Source of the DNA: Candidatus Hermodarchaeota archaeon
Lineage (GTDB): Archaea > Asgardarchaeota > Lokiarchaeia > Sigyniarchaeales > SOKP01
Assembly: GCA_048885925.1 (NCBI GenBank)
Contig: JBHLLG010000008.1
Location: 22,207 to 86,206 of the forward strand
Length of the DNA stretch: 64,000 nt
Reading direction: 5' to 3'
Numbering within the stretch: position 1 is the stretch's first letter; every line of letters starts with the position of its first letter. Below are positions 49,260-59,059 of this stretch, in pieces. The notes under the pieces are model-generated. The model was given only the letters and a program-made list of their open reading frames with translations. It was not told where the DNA came from and ran no database searches. The translations under genes were made by a program, and so were the position numbers.

Positions 49260-50357
49260 TTATTCAATAATTTCAATTTCTTCTCTTTGTAGAGGAACCT
49301 GCTCTCTTTCAAATCGTTTCATAGTAATAGCGTCATTTGGACATGTCACAGCACATAATCCACATCCCATGCATTTATTTGTATCAATTTTAGCTAAATC
49401 TTCAATTTTAATGGCATGAAACTTACATCGAGTAATACATGTTTCACATCCTTCACATAGATCCTCATCAATTAAAGCAATATAATTTGCTTTCCCAATA
49501 GCTCTAGGATAATTAAATTTGGTTAAACCAGTTAATAAAGCACAACAGCATTCGCAACACGCACAAATTAACCTACAGTTTATCCCTACATTATCAGTAG
49601 AATGAACAAGACCTATTTCTGAAGCGTTTTTCGTAAGCTCCCTTGCCTCTTCCTTTGTAATTTCCCTAATGATAGGATCTCCTTGCATTAATGCAGATTT
49701 TGCAAAAGCACCTAGTAAGATACATGTATGGATTGGGTATTTATCTCTGCATTTTCTAGTTCCATTAATTTCTTGTCTATTACGACAAGGGCATGGAATT
49801 ACGGCAAAATCATTATTTTGTTCGATAATACTATAAACTTCTTCAATAGGTACAATTTCATCTTGAGGTTCAATTTTTTCGCTAACTGTTAATATTCTAT
49901 TTCGTGGAGTTCCATCTGCTGTAGATTCCCATTTTTTATAATATCTTTCATCATAAAAAAATTTTAAACCTAAATGAGCAAATTTTTTAGCATTTTCTCC
50001 ATTATAATTTGCTTTTAAAAAGAAAGGGCCATCCCAAATGATTAAAGGACTAGGAAGGGAATATGCTTTTCCTAAATTTACTATAAATCCTTTTTCAGTT
50101 AAATATTTTAACTTTTCAATAAGTTGATTTTTATCAATGTTCAGTTTTTTGGCAAATTTGACAATCGACATCATCTTGGGAAAAAAATTCAGCACTTGTA
50201 TTATTTCAGCTATCTCTGGATTGTACATCATACTTAATTACTCCAAATATGTCTGAGTGGGTTCCCCATTCTCATCAGTAGGAACAGAATACCATTCATA
50301 CTTTAATCTTCTAGCAAGGTTCAACAAATTTTTTCTATGTTCCTCAGATTCAATCAT
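49260..50357 (-). pseudogene. 4Fe-4S binding protein interrupted by in-frame TAA (50238-50240)
   Basis: ATG 50357 reads MIESEEHRKNLLNLARRL...PTQTYLE*LSMMYNPE in frame into the 323-aa ORF (PCPCR, CACCECCC, two CxxCxxCxxxC motifs). Confidence 0.7.
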
Positions 50358-50506
50358 TTTTCATTTCATTCAAAATAAATTGCAGTATTTGTTATTATCG
50401 ACTTCTAAATTTATATAATTTGTTGTAAAAAGTAATTGTTAAATTTCCTTTATTTTGAAAAAGGAATATTTAGCAAGAATATAATTACTTATTAAATTTA
50501 AACCTC

Positions 50507-51211
50507 TTATGCATCAGAAGGCAAATATATAGCTATTTTACAAACATCTCCTCCATTCAAAACGGATTCTAACACTTCAACTTCTACTGGTTTTTGTAAT
50601 ATCTCTTCCCAAATACCCTTATAAAAACCAGCTCCACAATAGCAATATGTTGGAGATATTTTTACTCCTGGACTTTTTAAAACATCTCTTATTCTAGGAC
50701 AATGACAATAATGTGCCTTTTTCTTTTCTTGATCTGATTCCTCCATATATTCTACAAGAAATCCACTTTTTGGTATTTTCGTAGCAATAATTTTATTCTT
50801 TTTTTTAATTCCAGCTAAGCCCCAACCTCTTTTTACAATAAAATTAAAATATTCCTCATTTAATTTCAAATCATTTTTTAAGAAATTTTTGAATTTTTCC
50901 TGAAGCATTTGGTGAACTAAGTCAAGATTTTTTGTTTCTTCATATTTTTTCTTAATTTCTTGTAATTCAGTTTTAGGATATTGGCATGCACATCCTGTCA
51001 TAATTTTAATGCGTTTTTCTTCATTAATGAGTGAATCAAGTCTTTCCATTGCTTCCTTAGACCAACTAAATTTAATATCTACATTTGTTTTATCATTGAA
51101 GTTTTCACTCCCAGTTAAAACTTTATTCTTAATATCTTGTCTAACAATTTCATCTAGGCATTTTGAGAATTTATTTAACCAATACTTCTCGAAATCAAAT
51201 TCTTCAGACAT
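50507..51211 (-). CDS. Cys-rich DUF6144/V4R-like protein
   Basis: CACQYP, HYCHCP, YCYCGAGF..GIWE..L.KPVEVEVLESVL.GG..C. Confidence 0.7.
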   Translation of the reverse strand: MSEEFDFEKYWLNKFSKCLDEIVRQDIKNKVLTGSENFNDKTNVDIKFSWSKEAMERLDSLINEEKRIKIMTGCACQYPKTELQEIKKKYEETKNLDLVHQMLQEKFKNFLKNDLKLNEEYFNFIVKRGWGLAGIKKKNKIIATKIPKSGFLVEYMEESDQEKKKAHYCHCPRIRDVLKSPGVKISPTYCYCGAGFYKGIWEEILQKPVEVEVLESVLNGGDVCKIAIYLPSDA

Positions 51212-51661
51212 TTTATCATTTCCACTTATAATGATGTTTAATCAAATAAGTTTGACTTTAATAATCAAATTTCTACCGTATTAATAAATTTATTAGTAGT
51301 ACCCCTAACTTGTCAAATTATCAAGATTAACTATATATTTAAATTGATCAACTTAAGAATTTAATCTGGTTTTTTGCTAATCCTAAATTATTAGAAGGTA
51401 CTGAACATGAATCCCTTTGAGATTATAACTATAGAACTGGTAAAAAAGTTTATTTAACTAACTATACGACTTTTCTAAACTTAATTTTTATATCTTCTCT
51501 AGATTCAATATTATAAGAGAAAAAGACCAGAACTCATAGACCAAGTTTCCATATCTTTAAATAGATTGTTTCCTTAATAAAATTATATTTGGATAATATG
51601 GTAACTTATCCTATTTATTAACAATAAATAAAATTTAGCAATAGAAAATAATACTAAAATT

Positions 51662-53428
51662 ATGAAAGATCTAAAAAAATTAACCTATTTCATCATTTCT
51701 TTAACAATTATACACCTCATATATCTGAGTTCAGTCCCTATTGTTAAAGCTGAAGATGGAATTTCAAATTCATATTATCAAAATCTCAATTTCAATAGGA
51801 TTTATGTTTACGAAGTTTCTCAATTTGGTGATCCTACAGGATGGTACAATTTTACATTTGATCTTGAAGGTTTTTGGAAAACAAATCCAGGAGGTCAAAT
51901 TAGGATTAATCTAACAGGATTTTATAATAAGGATGTAAACGATTGGGGGAATGTATTTGATGATCCAATACCTTGGTATGATATTGAAATTTTAGAGAAC
52001 AATTTTGGTATTCTTAATATGAATTTTTCTTTAAATAATAGATCCAATAGCGAAGTTTCAAATGCACTAACTCTTGGATATAATAGTTTTCAGCCGGGTT
52101 TTTTAATACCAAACAAAAATTTTACAAATATGAAGAAACTAGCATCGAATCAAGCAAATCCAGAAGATTCTTTTGTTATAGGAGAGGCTAATGTTGAAGA
52201 AACTTACAATTTCTTATATATTGGTTTTGATCAAATAGGTGGAGATCAAAACACCGATTTGATATACGATAAGAGGACAGGATTGTTAGTTTGGGCAAAA
52301 ACAAGTGTTTTCGGATACTTTCTTGAAATTAAATCATTAAACTTCACAATTGAAGAAAGTCTTATTTATAATGTCCTTCAATTTAATGAAGCAACATCAT
52401 GGTATAATTTAACAGGAGGTTTTGAGGGAAATTGGGAAACGAATTGCGGAGGCCAAATTATTGTTAACCTTAAAGGATATTACAATAAAGATCCAAATGA
52501 TTGGGGTAATATAATAGATGATCCAATTCCTTGGTTTGATATAGAAATAAAAGAAAATATCTCGGGGATTTTGAAAACAAATTTTACGATAGCAAATAGA
52601 TCAAATAGTGAGTTAGGTTGGACATTTATATTGGGATATAATGGTTTTCAATCTGGTTTTCTTATACAAATTATAGATAATTTGACAAGAGTAAAAAAAT
52701 TGGCTTTGCAAGAAGCATCTGGATTTGCTAATGGATTAGTTTCTATAGAAGAAACACAATTAACTATTAAAATAACATTTGATCAAATTGATGGAGATCA
52801 AAAAACTTATATGATTTATGAAAAACGTACCGGATTATTACTTTGGGCTAATAGTTCTGTTTCGAATTATTACCTTGAAATGGTAATTGATGATTATCTC
52901 CCATGGGTGTCTATAAAAGATGATTCTGGTAAACCAAATAACAGTTTTTTGATGTTCTTACCGTATATAATTATTACGGCAATAAGTATAACTTTAATGT
53001 CCACATCTCTAATTATTTCGAAATATTACTCAAAATTCAAGAAATTTAACAAATATATATTGGTTGCTATATTAGCTATTGCTAGTTTTACTTCTTTCTT
53101 TGTATTTACCTTCAGTATAGAAGTTGGTGAAGTGAATGAACCCTTAAAAGAAGTTCAAGACATTACTTTAATAATCGATTATGGAAATGGAACAATAGAA
53201 ACTTGGGAAAATTTTGAATTAACTGATTTCAATACTACTGCTTTTGACGCATTAAATAAATGGTGCGATATTGAATTCACTGATTATGGCGATATGGGAC
53301 TTATAGTAGAAAGTATTAATAATATAAAAGGAAATTGGCTTTATTCGGTTAATGATGAATCTCCAGGTGTATCAGCTCAAAAATACAATTTGAAAAATGG
53401 AGATATAATCAAATGGACTTTTCACTAA
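51662..53428 (+). CDS. Surface protein: two tandem ~185-aa repeats, 2 TMs, C-terminal DUF4430 (transcobalamin-beta-like) domain
   Basis: Repeats NDWGNVFDDPIPWYDIEI / NDWGNIIDDPIPWFDIEI and YDKRTGLL / YEKRTGLL; C-terminal TTAFDAL..G.IVESIN..WLYSVN...VSAQKYNLKNGDIIKW. Confidence 0.75.
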   Translation: MKDLKKLTYFIISLTIIHLIYLSSVPIVKAEDGISNSYYQNLNFNRIYVYEVSQFGDPTGWYNFTFDLEGFWKTNPGGQIRINLTGFYNKDVNDWGNVFDDPIPWYDIEILENNFGILNMNFSLNNRSNSEVSNALTLGYNSFQPGFLIPNKNFTNMKKLASNQANPEDSFVIGEANVEETYNFLYIGFDQIGGDQNTDLIYDKRTGLLVWAKTSVFGYFLEIKSLNFTIEESLIYNVLQFNEATSWYNLTGGFEGNWETNCGGQIIVNLKGYYNKDPNDWGNIIDDPIPWFDIEIKENISGILKTNFTIANRSNSELGWTFILGYNGFQSGFLIQIIDNLTRVKKLALQEASGFANGLVSIEETQLTIKITFDQIDGDQKTYMIYEKRTGLLLWANSSVSNYYLEMVIDDYLPWVSIKDDSGKPNNSFLMFLPYIIITAISITLMSTSLIISKYYSKFKKFNKYILVAILAIASFTSFFVFTFSIEVGEVNEPLKEVQDITLIIDYGNGTIETWENFELTDFNTTAFDALNKWCDIEFTDYGDMGLIVESINNIKGNWLYSVNDESPGVSAQKYNLKNGDIIKWTFH

Positions 53429-53492
53429 AAGACAAACTTCTTTTTTTATTTTCTCTAAAGAAAAGTATATAATCAGAATAGAGGTAAAAAAA

Positions 53493-53927
53493 TTAGTACT
53501 TTATATCTTTAGTTTCAATTTTTTTTAAAACAGGTTCCATTTCTTTGAAGGCTTTCCTAATTTTATGGAAATAGTATCCTAATTTATACCCTTTTTTACA
53601 ATTTGTAAATAGCATGAAATTGTTATCAGCAGATCCGACTAAAATAATTGTATATCCTTTAGTTCCTCGAATAACAATATCTCTTAATTCACCTTGCTCT
53701 AACCCTCGGCTAATTTTTTCACCTAATGAAATTAATGTAGCAGGGCTAGCACTATAAATATCCCATACAACATCTGCAGTTTCAGAACTCGCAATTCTTA
53801 ATCCCGTTTTTGAAACTACGGCAGTTCCTTCTAGGTCAGTGGATGCTTCTAACTTTTCTAAATTGCGCATTAATTCATCTAAGATGTCCTGACTTATTGC
53901 AATTTCAGTATCCTTCGCTTTTTCCAA
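53493..53927 (-). CDS. Roadblock/LC7 domain protein
   Basis: DLEGTAVVSKTGLRIAS, LEQGELRDIVIRGTKGYTII, KLG; TTG start after AAGGTG. Confidence 0.88.
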   Translation of the reverse strand: MEKAKDTEIAISQDILDELMRNLEKLEASTDLEGTAVVSKTGLRIASSETADVVWDIYSASPATLISLGEKISRGLEQGELRDIVIRGTKGYTIILVGSADNNFMLFTNCKKGYKLGYYFHKIRKAFKEMEPVLKKIETKDIKY

Positions 53928-53967
53928 TTTTCACACCTTTATTAAGTTAATATAAATTTTTGAAAAT

Positions 53968-55386
53968 TTAAATGTTTTTTACATAAAAACTTCTTAATTC
54001 TTTTAGAAAAACGGGATCTCCTTTTTTAATCACTTTTTCTTTATTTTCAATTCCAATAATTACAGAACCTTTAGTACCAAATGTATCTAAAACATTTGTA
54101 AATGGAGGTTTTAGTTTTTTTCCAACAATCTTTTTAGCACCACTAAAACTTTGTGCTAAACCTGTACATACGATTCCTTGAGGATGAGCTGGATTCTTAA
54201 TAATCCCTTTCTTAATTTTATATTTATAAAACAGTGGAGGTTCTTTCCATATTTTTAATAACTCTGCTGAGCCTAAAATTCTTAAACTAGTTGGAGGTAG
54301 ATCTAATCGGCTTAATAACATTGTCTTATTTCTTTTATTTATCAAAATTTTCTCCTTGAAAAAAATAACAGCTTTAAATCCTCTTTCTTTATTTGAAACT
54401 GTCGTTTGAATTCTTCTTTCATCAAAATCATAGTAAGGGTAAATTTTTCCAGTAGTAGTGAACATTCCAATCGTAATATGAATTTGAGTACCAAAACTAG
54501 TTTTTGGTTTGAATAATTTATTATTATTTACCTTTACTTCAATTATATCACAAAATTCAAAGGCATTAGGGTTGTTGGTAGCATAACAACCTCGAAAAAT
54601 TTTTTTTAATTCTATACCTTTTATATTAATCCCAACTCTATCTCCTGCTTTAGCAGAATCAACATTTTGGTGAAAAATTTGAATGCCCTTAACTCTACCA
54701 GATGTTTTTATAGGTAATATTTCTAAAGTTTGATTTGTATTTAATGTTCCATTTAAAATAGTACCTGTCAATATTACTCCTACACCTTTTATTGAGAAGT
54801 GGTGATCGATAGGAATTATAATATCTCCTTTAGTATTTCTTTCAATCTTTAAAGATTTAATTGTTTCTAATATTCCATTTTTTAAATTTTCAAAACCAAT
54901 TTTATTTTTTGCACTAACAGCAAAAATCGGTACATTCTGTCCAAAGGATGTTGAACTAAAAAACTCTCTTGTTTTCTGTATCTCATCCTCAATATTTCCA
55001 GAAAAGAGATCAATTTTATTGAGAATTACAGTAATCTTATCAATATTAAGGGATTCAATCATAATAAGATGTTCTCCTGTTTGAACTTGAGGGCCTTTAT
55101 TAATATCAATGACTATTAAAGCACAATCGATAATTTCTACTGATGAAGCACTTATTTTAATTAGATCAGCATGACCCGGACCATCTACCAAAGTGATTAA
55201 ATATTTGTCAAGAATAAAACTGGTAAAGCCTAAATCTATAGTTATTCCTCGTTCCTTGCTTTGCGGATGGGCATCAATTCCTGCCGTAGAAATTATTTCA
55301 CTAAGCACTTCTGCTATTGCTGTCTTCCCAGAGTCGATATGTCCGAATAATCCGATGTGTATAGGGATTCTCTTTTCAATTTCCAT
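53968..55386 (-). CDS. selB: Selenocysteine-specific elongation factor SelB/EFSec
   Basis: GHIDSGKT, SKERGITIDLGF, DGPGHADL, QTGEHL, NKID, IDHHFSIKGVG; archaeal/eukaryotic length; Sec locus nearby. Confidence 0.88.
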   Translation of the reverse strand: MEIEKRIPIHIGLFGHIDSGKTAIAEVLSEIISTAGIDAHPQSKERGITIDLGFTSFILDKYLITLVDGPGHADLIKISASSVEIIDCALIVIDINKGPQVQTGEHLIMIESLNIDKITVILNKIDLFSGNIEDEIQKTREFFSSTSFGQNVPIFAVSAKNKIGFENLKNGILETIKSLKIERNTKGDIIIPIDHHFSIKGVGVILTGTILNGTLNTNQTLEILPIKTSGRVKGIQIFHQNVDSAKAGDRVGINIKGIELKKIFRGCYATNNPNAFEFCDIIEVKVNNNKLFKPKTSFGTQIHITIGMFTTTGKIYPYYDFDERRIQTTVSNKERGFKAVIFFKEKILINKRNKTMLLSRLDLPPTSLRILGSAELLKIWKEPPLFYKYKIKKGIIKNPAHPQGIVCTGLAQSFSGAKKIVGKKLKPPFTNVLDTFGTKGSVIIGIENKEKVIKKGDPVFLKELRSFYVKNI

Positions 55387-55460
55387 CTTTAATTACTGTA
55401 AAAATGAACTAAATTTATAGATTGCTATTCAATATAAAATAAGTAATCGTATTATGTTGA

Positions 55461-55480
55461 ATTTCAAAAATCGGACTCCT
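55461..55480 (+). repeat. 20-bp direct repeat, copy 1 (ATTTCAAAAATCGGACTCCT)
   Basis: Exact match to 56813-56832. Confidence 0.85.
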
Positions 55481-55557
55481 TTACATTTAAATAGAATTCT
55501 AATTAAATTTGACAAAATTTAAAATTATAATTATAAATCAGATTTTTTGATGTTTCG

Positions 55558-56742
55558 ATGAAGCAAATGCAAGAAGGAATACAAATGACAACTACAAAAA
55601 TAAGATTCCTCTATTTGGACAAATTAAGGATCTTTTTGACGATTTTAGTGATTTTACACCATGCTACAATCGCATATGGTGGAAGTGGTGGTTGGGCAAT
55701 AAGAGAAATGCCGTCAGATTCCATCAGTCCCATCATATTTACCTTGTTTAATGCTATTAATCAATCATTCTTTATGTCCACCTTTTTTCTGCTGGCAGGG
55801 TATTTCACTCCTCGATCCTATGAAGAAAAGGGACCACTCAAATTTCTCAAATATCGGTTGATCCGTTTAGGAATTCCTTTGATTTTGTTAATCCTTATAA
55901 TCCGACCGATTAATCTATATATCTTACTGAATTTTGCGGTAGATAGCTCGGAGAGTTGGTCTTTTCTGGAAGTTCTGCAATACCAATATACAAACTTTAC
56001 TCTCAATTTCGGGCATCTTTGGTTTTTATTAGTTTTATTGATTTTTGCAGGAGTTTATGTAGTATTCCGAGTATTTACAGATCGATGTTTCCCACAAAAA
56101 TCTATTCATATATTTCGAGATAAACTTCCTCCTAGTAGGGTAATAATTCTCTCTATTGGTCTTCTATCATTTCTAAATTTCTTGGTTCGGCTATTTTTTC
56201 CGGTAGATGAGTGGTACTTTTTTGTTCAATTCGCCCATATTATTCATTATACATTTTCCTTTTACTGTGGCGTATTAGCTTATAGGGGAGATTGGTTTAG
56301 CCGGATATCTAGTTCACATGCCCGAAAGTGGGGGATCATATCTCTTATTATGATTATTCTTGCGCCGATCTTTTTATTGTTAGGAGGGGTGTTAGAAAAT
56401 CGAAATTATGACGTTTTTAAAGGAGGATTTACATGGCAATCTCTAACATATACCATCTGGGAATCAATTCTTTTGATAGGGATTCCAATCTGGCTTATAT
56501 ATATGTTTCGAGAACAAGTTACTCACCATGAGCGGGTAGTTAAAGCTTTAGGTGCTAATGTGTTTACAGTCTATATAATACACCAACCAATCCTTATTGC
56601 TTTCAATGTAGCTTTCTTATCAATAGCCATCCCAACTGTATTGAAATTTATTCTTGTCTCTCTAATAACTGTTCCTCTTTGTTTCATTTTAAGTCATTTC
56701 TTCTTTCGCAAAATTTCTTATGCAAAACACGTCCTCGGCTAG
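55558..56742 (+). CDS. Acyltransferase-3 (OpgC/MdoC-like) membrane protein
   Basis: RFLYLDKLRIFLTILVILHH, FFMSTFFLLAGYF, RLIRLGIP, GHLWFL, VYIIHQP. Confidence 0.88.
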   Translation: MKQMQEGIQMTTTKIRFLYLDKLRIFLTILVILHHATIAYGGSGGWAIREMPSDSISPIIFTLFNAINQSFFMSTFFLLAGYFTPRSYEEKGPLKFLKYRLIRLGIPLILLILIIRPINLYILLNFAVDSSESWSFLEVLQYQYTNFTLNFGHLWFLLVLLIFAGVYVVFRVFTDRCFPQKSIHIFRDKLPPSRVIILSIGLLSFLNFLVRLFFPVDEWYFFVQFAHIIHYTFSFYCGVLAYRGDWFSRISSSHARKWGIISLIMIILAPIFLLLGGVLENRNYDVFKGGFTWQSLTYTIWESILLIGIPIWLIYMFREQVTHHERVVKALGANVFTVYIIHQPILIAFNVAFLSIAIPTVLKFILVSLITVPLCFILSHFFFRKISYAKHVLG

Positions 56743-56812
56743 TATCAATTATATCTGAAAGATTTTATTTTATTTCATTTAATATAAATAAAAATTTTAA
56801 ATAATTTAGGAG

Positions 56813-56832
56813 ATTTCAAAAATCGGACTCCT
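56813..56832 (+). repeat. 20-bp direct repeat, copy 2, embedded in palindrome 56803-56837
   Basis: Exact match to 55461-55480; arms AATTTAGGAG / CTCCTAAATT. Confidence 0.85.
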
Positions 56833-56904
56833 AAATTTTAATTATATTTTTAATTTAAAATATCATATAATCATTATATTAATATATCGTCAAATGTGGA
56901 GTTT

Positions 56905-57780
56905 ATGCCGAAATTTTGTGTATATTGTGGAAATCCTGTAAAAGAATCGGATAAATATTGTATCATATGTGGTAAACCATTGATCACGAACATCACAAAA
57001 CCAGAGAAGAAACCTGAAATCGAGCAACTAATAAGAAAGGAAGAAGCTAAAAAAGTTGATAAAGAAGTTGAAAAAGTAAAATCAGAAGAAGAACCAGGAA
57101 AGGAAACTTTTGAAGAGGAAGAGGAAGAAAAATACTTGATGAAATTTAAAAAACCAAAAGAAAAGAAAGATATAAAACCTCTTCCTGAAGATGTAAAAGA
57201 ACAGATGGTTTATTATATTGAATTTAATGATATTCAACTAAATAAAGATCTACTTCTTGAGAAATTAAATGATCTTTCAAAATCTACGAAGGATGAAAGA
57301 TATGAATATGATCTAGATTTTAAAAAAGAAGTTAATATAAAATTAGAAGCAATTAAAACTCTAATAAGTGAATTGAAAGAAAGAGAAAATATAATTAAAC
57401 AGAATTTAAAAGAACCATTTATAGTTCAAAGAATACAAGATGATATTGATGAAAAAATATTTCAGCTCAAAAATTTAACAAGGGAATATAAGTTACATAA
57501 AGTTGATAAAGAAACCTTTGAAAAATTGAGAGATAAATACAAAGAACAAAAAAGCGATTTTGAAGAAGAAAGAGAGAACCTTATAGAAGGAATGAAATTA
57601 TGGATTCAAGAATTAAAATTAGAAAAAGCAGAATTATCAAGTGAAAGAAAACTAAATAAGGGTAGATATCATGCCAAAGAAATAACTGAAGATGAGTTTA
57701 ATGAAAAAGATAAAGAATTTGACCTAAGATTGAAAAAAATTGACATTAAAATTGATACATTAGAAAAATTAACAAAATAA
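56905..57780 (+). CDS. Zinc-ribbon + coiled-coil protein (SHOCT-like motifs)
   Basis: MPKFCVYCG...KYCIICGKPL; highly charged helices with KVDKETF / EITEDEF motifs. Confidence 0.75.
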   Translation: MPKFCVYCGNPVKESDKYCIICGKPLITNITKPEKKPEIEQLIRKEEAKKVDKEVEKVKSEEEPGKETFEEEEEEKYLMKFKKPKEKKDIKPLPEDVKEQMVYYIEFNDIQLNKDLLLEKLNDLSKSTKDERYEYDLDFKKEVNIKLEAIKTLISELKERENIIKQNLKEPFIVQRIQDDIDEKIFQLKNLTREYKLHKVDKETFEKLRDKYKEQKSDFEEERENLIEGMKLWIQELKLEKAELSSERKLNKGRYHAKEITEDEFNEKDKEFDLRLKKIDIKIDTLEKLTK

Positions 57781-57831
57781 GATTAATAGTTAAAATATTT
57801 TTATTAAGTAATATTTATAATAACGATATTT

Positions 57832-57957
57832 ATGAGAAATAAATTAATTGCAGTTATAATTTTGCTTTTAGGCTTATCACTTTTAACTATAGGATTGATT
57901 GAAGGTCAATTTAATTTAATCAATTTTATTTATGAGAAAATGGCAATCATTCCTTAA
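57832..57957 (+). CDS. Small (41 aa) single-TM protein; missing from ORF track
   Basis: MRNKLIAVIILLLGLSLLTIGLIEGQFNLINFIYEKMAIIP*; TATA-like TTTATAA upstream; stop overlaps convergent stop. Confidence 0.55.
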   Translation: MRNKLIAVIILLLGLSLLTIGLIEGQFNLINFIYEKMAIIP

Positions 57958-58253
57958 TCTTCCCATTTTCCTTTTTTAATTGCAATTGAATCATTTAAAA
58001 ATCCCTTTTTTTGAAATATCTTTTCTTGGGACTTTCTGAACTTATTTGATTGATTATAATGTTTTTTACATAAATATATTTTATGTTGTGTGTTTTCAAT
58101 AAATATTAAACCTGCTTTTTCTACATATCTTTTCCAAGAGTTTTCTGATAGAGATCGAATAGCAATTTCCTTACACTCTTTAATCGAACATTTTCTAGAT
58201 TTAACCGATCCGCCTAAATCACGACTATCTCTAAGTTCTTTCGGAAGTTTCAT
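57954..58253 (-). CDS. Conserved archaeal small zinc-binding protein (C-x4-C...C-x2-H)
   Basis: KCSIKECKEIAIRSLS...IYLCKKHY; likely ATG at 58253. Confidence 0.7.
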   Translation of the reverse strand: MKLPKELRDSRDLGGSVKSRKCSIKECKEIAIRSLSENSWKRYVEKAGLIFIENTQHKIYLCKKHYNQSNKFRKSQEKIFQKKGFLNDSIAIKKGKWED

Positions 58254-58325
58254 AATTAGATACTTGCTAAAAACTTTATTAGGATACAATATTATGATTT
58301 TTAAATAATTATTCTCTTAAAATTT

Positions 58326-59048
58326 TTGCTAAAACTGATGAATATCTTAAACTTAATTTTTAACGAAGACTTCATAAAAAAAAAACTATTTCCTTGCGAT
58401 TCACCTTTAAGAATTTCTATAAAGGATAGGTTTTTTACTAGTGCAGCAGTTCTTTTTTCAATCATTCCGTATGATAATAAACCATATGAATTAATATTAA
58501 TTCATCGCTCAGAAAGAGGTTTGAGACATAGGGGTGAAATTTCTTTCCCAGGAGGAAAATTTGATTCCCGATTCGATAATTCTTTGGAGGATACAGCTTT
58601 AAGAGAAACAGAAGAAGAAATTGGTGTACCTCGTGAAAAAATTAAAATTTTTGGATGTTTAGATGATTTTCCTACCATGACACAGTATATAATTACCCCT
58701 TTCTTAGGAATTATTGATAAAAATCAAGTTCTTGTAAAAGATGAGAGAGAAGTCCAAAGAATTCTTAAGATACCAGTTGATTTTTTTACCAGTAGAAAAA
58801 ATTTTAAAGAACAAGCTATTGATATTGAAAAAAAAAAATTCCCCGTTTTTTATTTCAATTATTATGATAAAAATAATGGGCAAGAATATACCATTTGGGG
58901 AGCAACAGCATACATGATAACTAGTTTTATAGAAAAGGTTTATGAACTGAACATGTCCCAATTGGGATTAAAACGCTTTAAACTTGAAAAAATCAAACAA
59001 ATTAAAGAATACATTAAATATAGAAATCAAATCACTAGAAAATTCTAA
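58326..59048 (+). CDS. Nudix CoA pyrophosphatase (NUDT7/8-like)
   Basis: AAVL, HRGEISFPGGK, TALRETEEEIG, IWGATA. Confidence 0.9.
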   Translation: MLKLMNILNLIFNEDFIKKKLFPCDSPLRISIKDRFFTSAAVLFSIIPYDNKPYELILIHRSERGLRHRGEISFPGGKFDSRFDNSLEDTALRETEEEIGVPREKIKIFGCLDDFPTMTQYIITPFLGIIDKNQVLVKDEREVQRILKIPVDFFTSRKNFKEQAIDIEKKKFPVFYFNYYDKNNGQEYTIWGATAYMITSFIEKVYELNMSQLGLKRFKLEKIKQIKEYIKYRNQITRKF

Positions 59049-59059
59049 AACTCTAAATA

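Noticed and set aside
51343-51516. Short reading frame with internal TGA (FANPKLLEGTEHESL*DYNY)
   Set aside because: No start codon, closed by TAA on both sides, no Cys/Sec-type context; likely a decayed fragment
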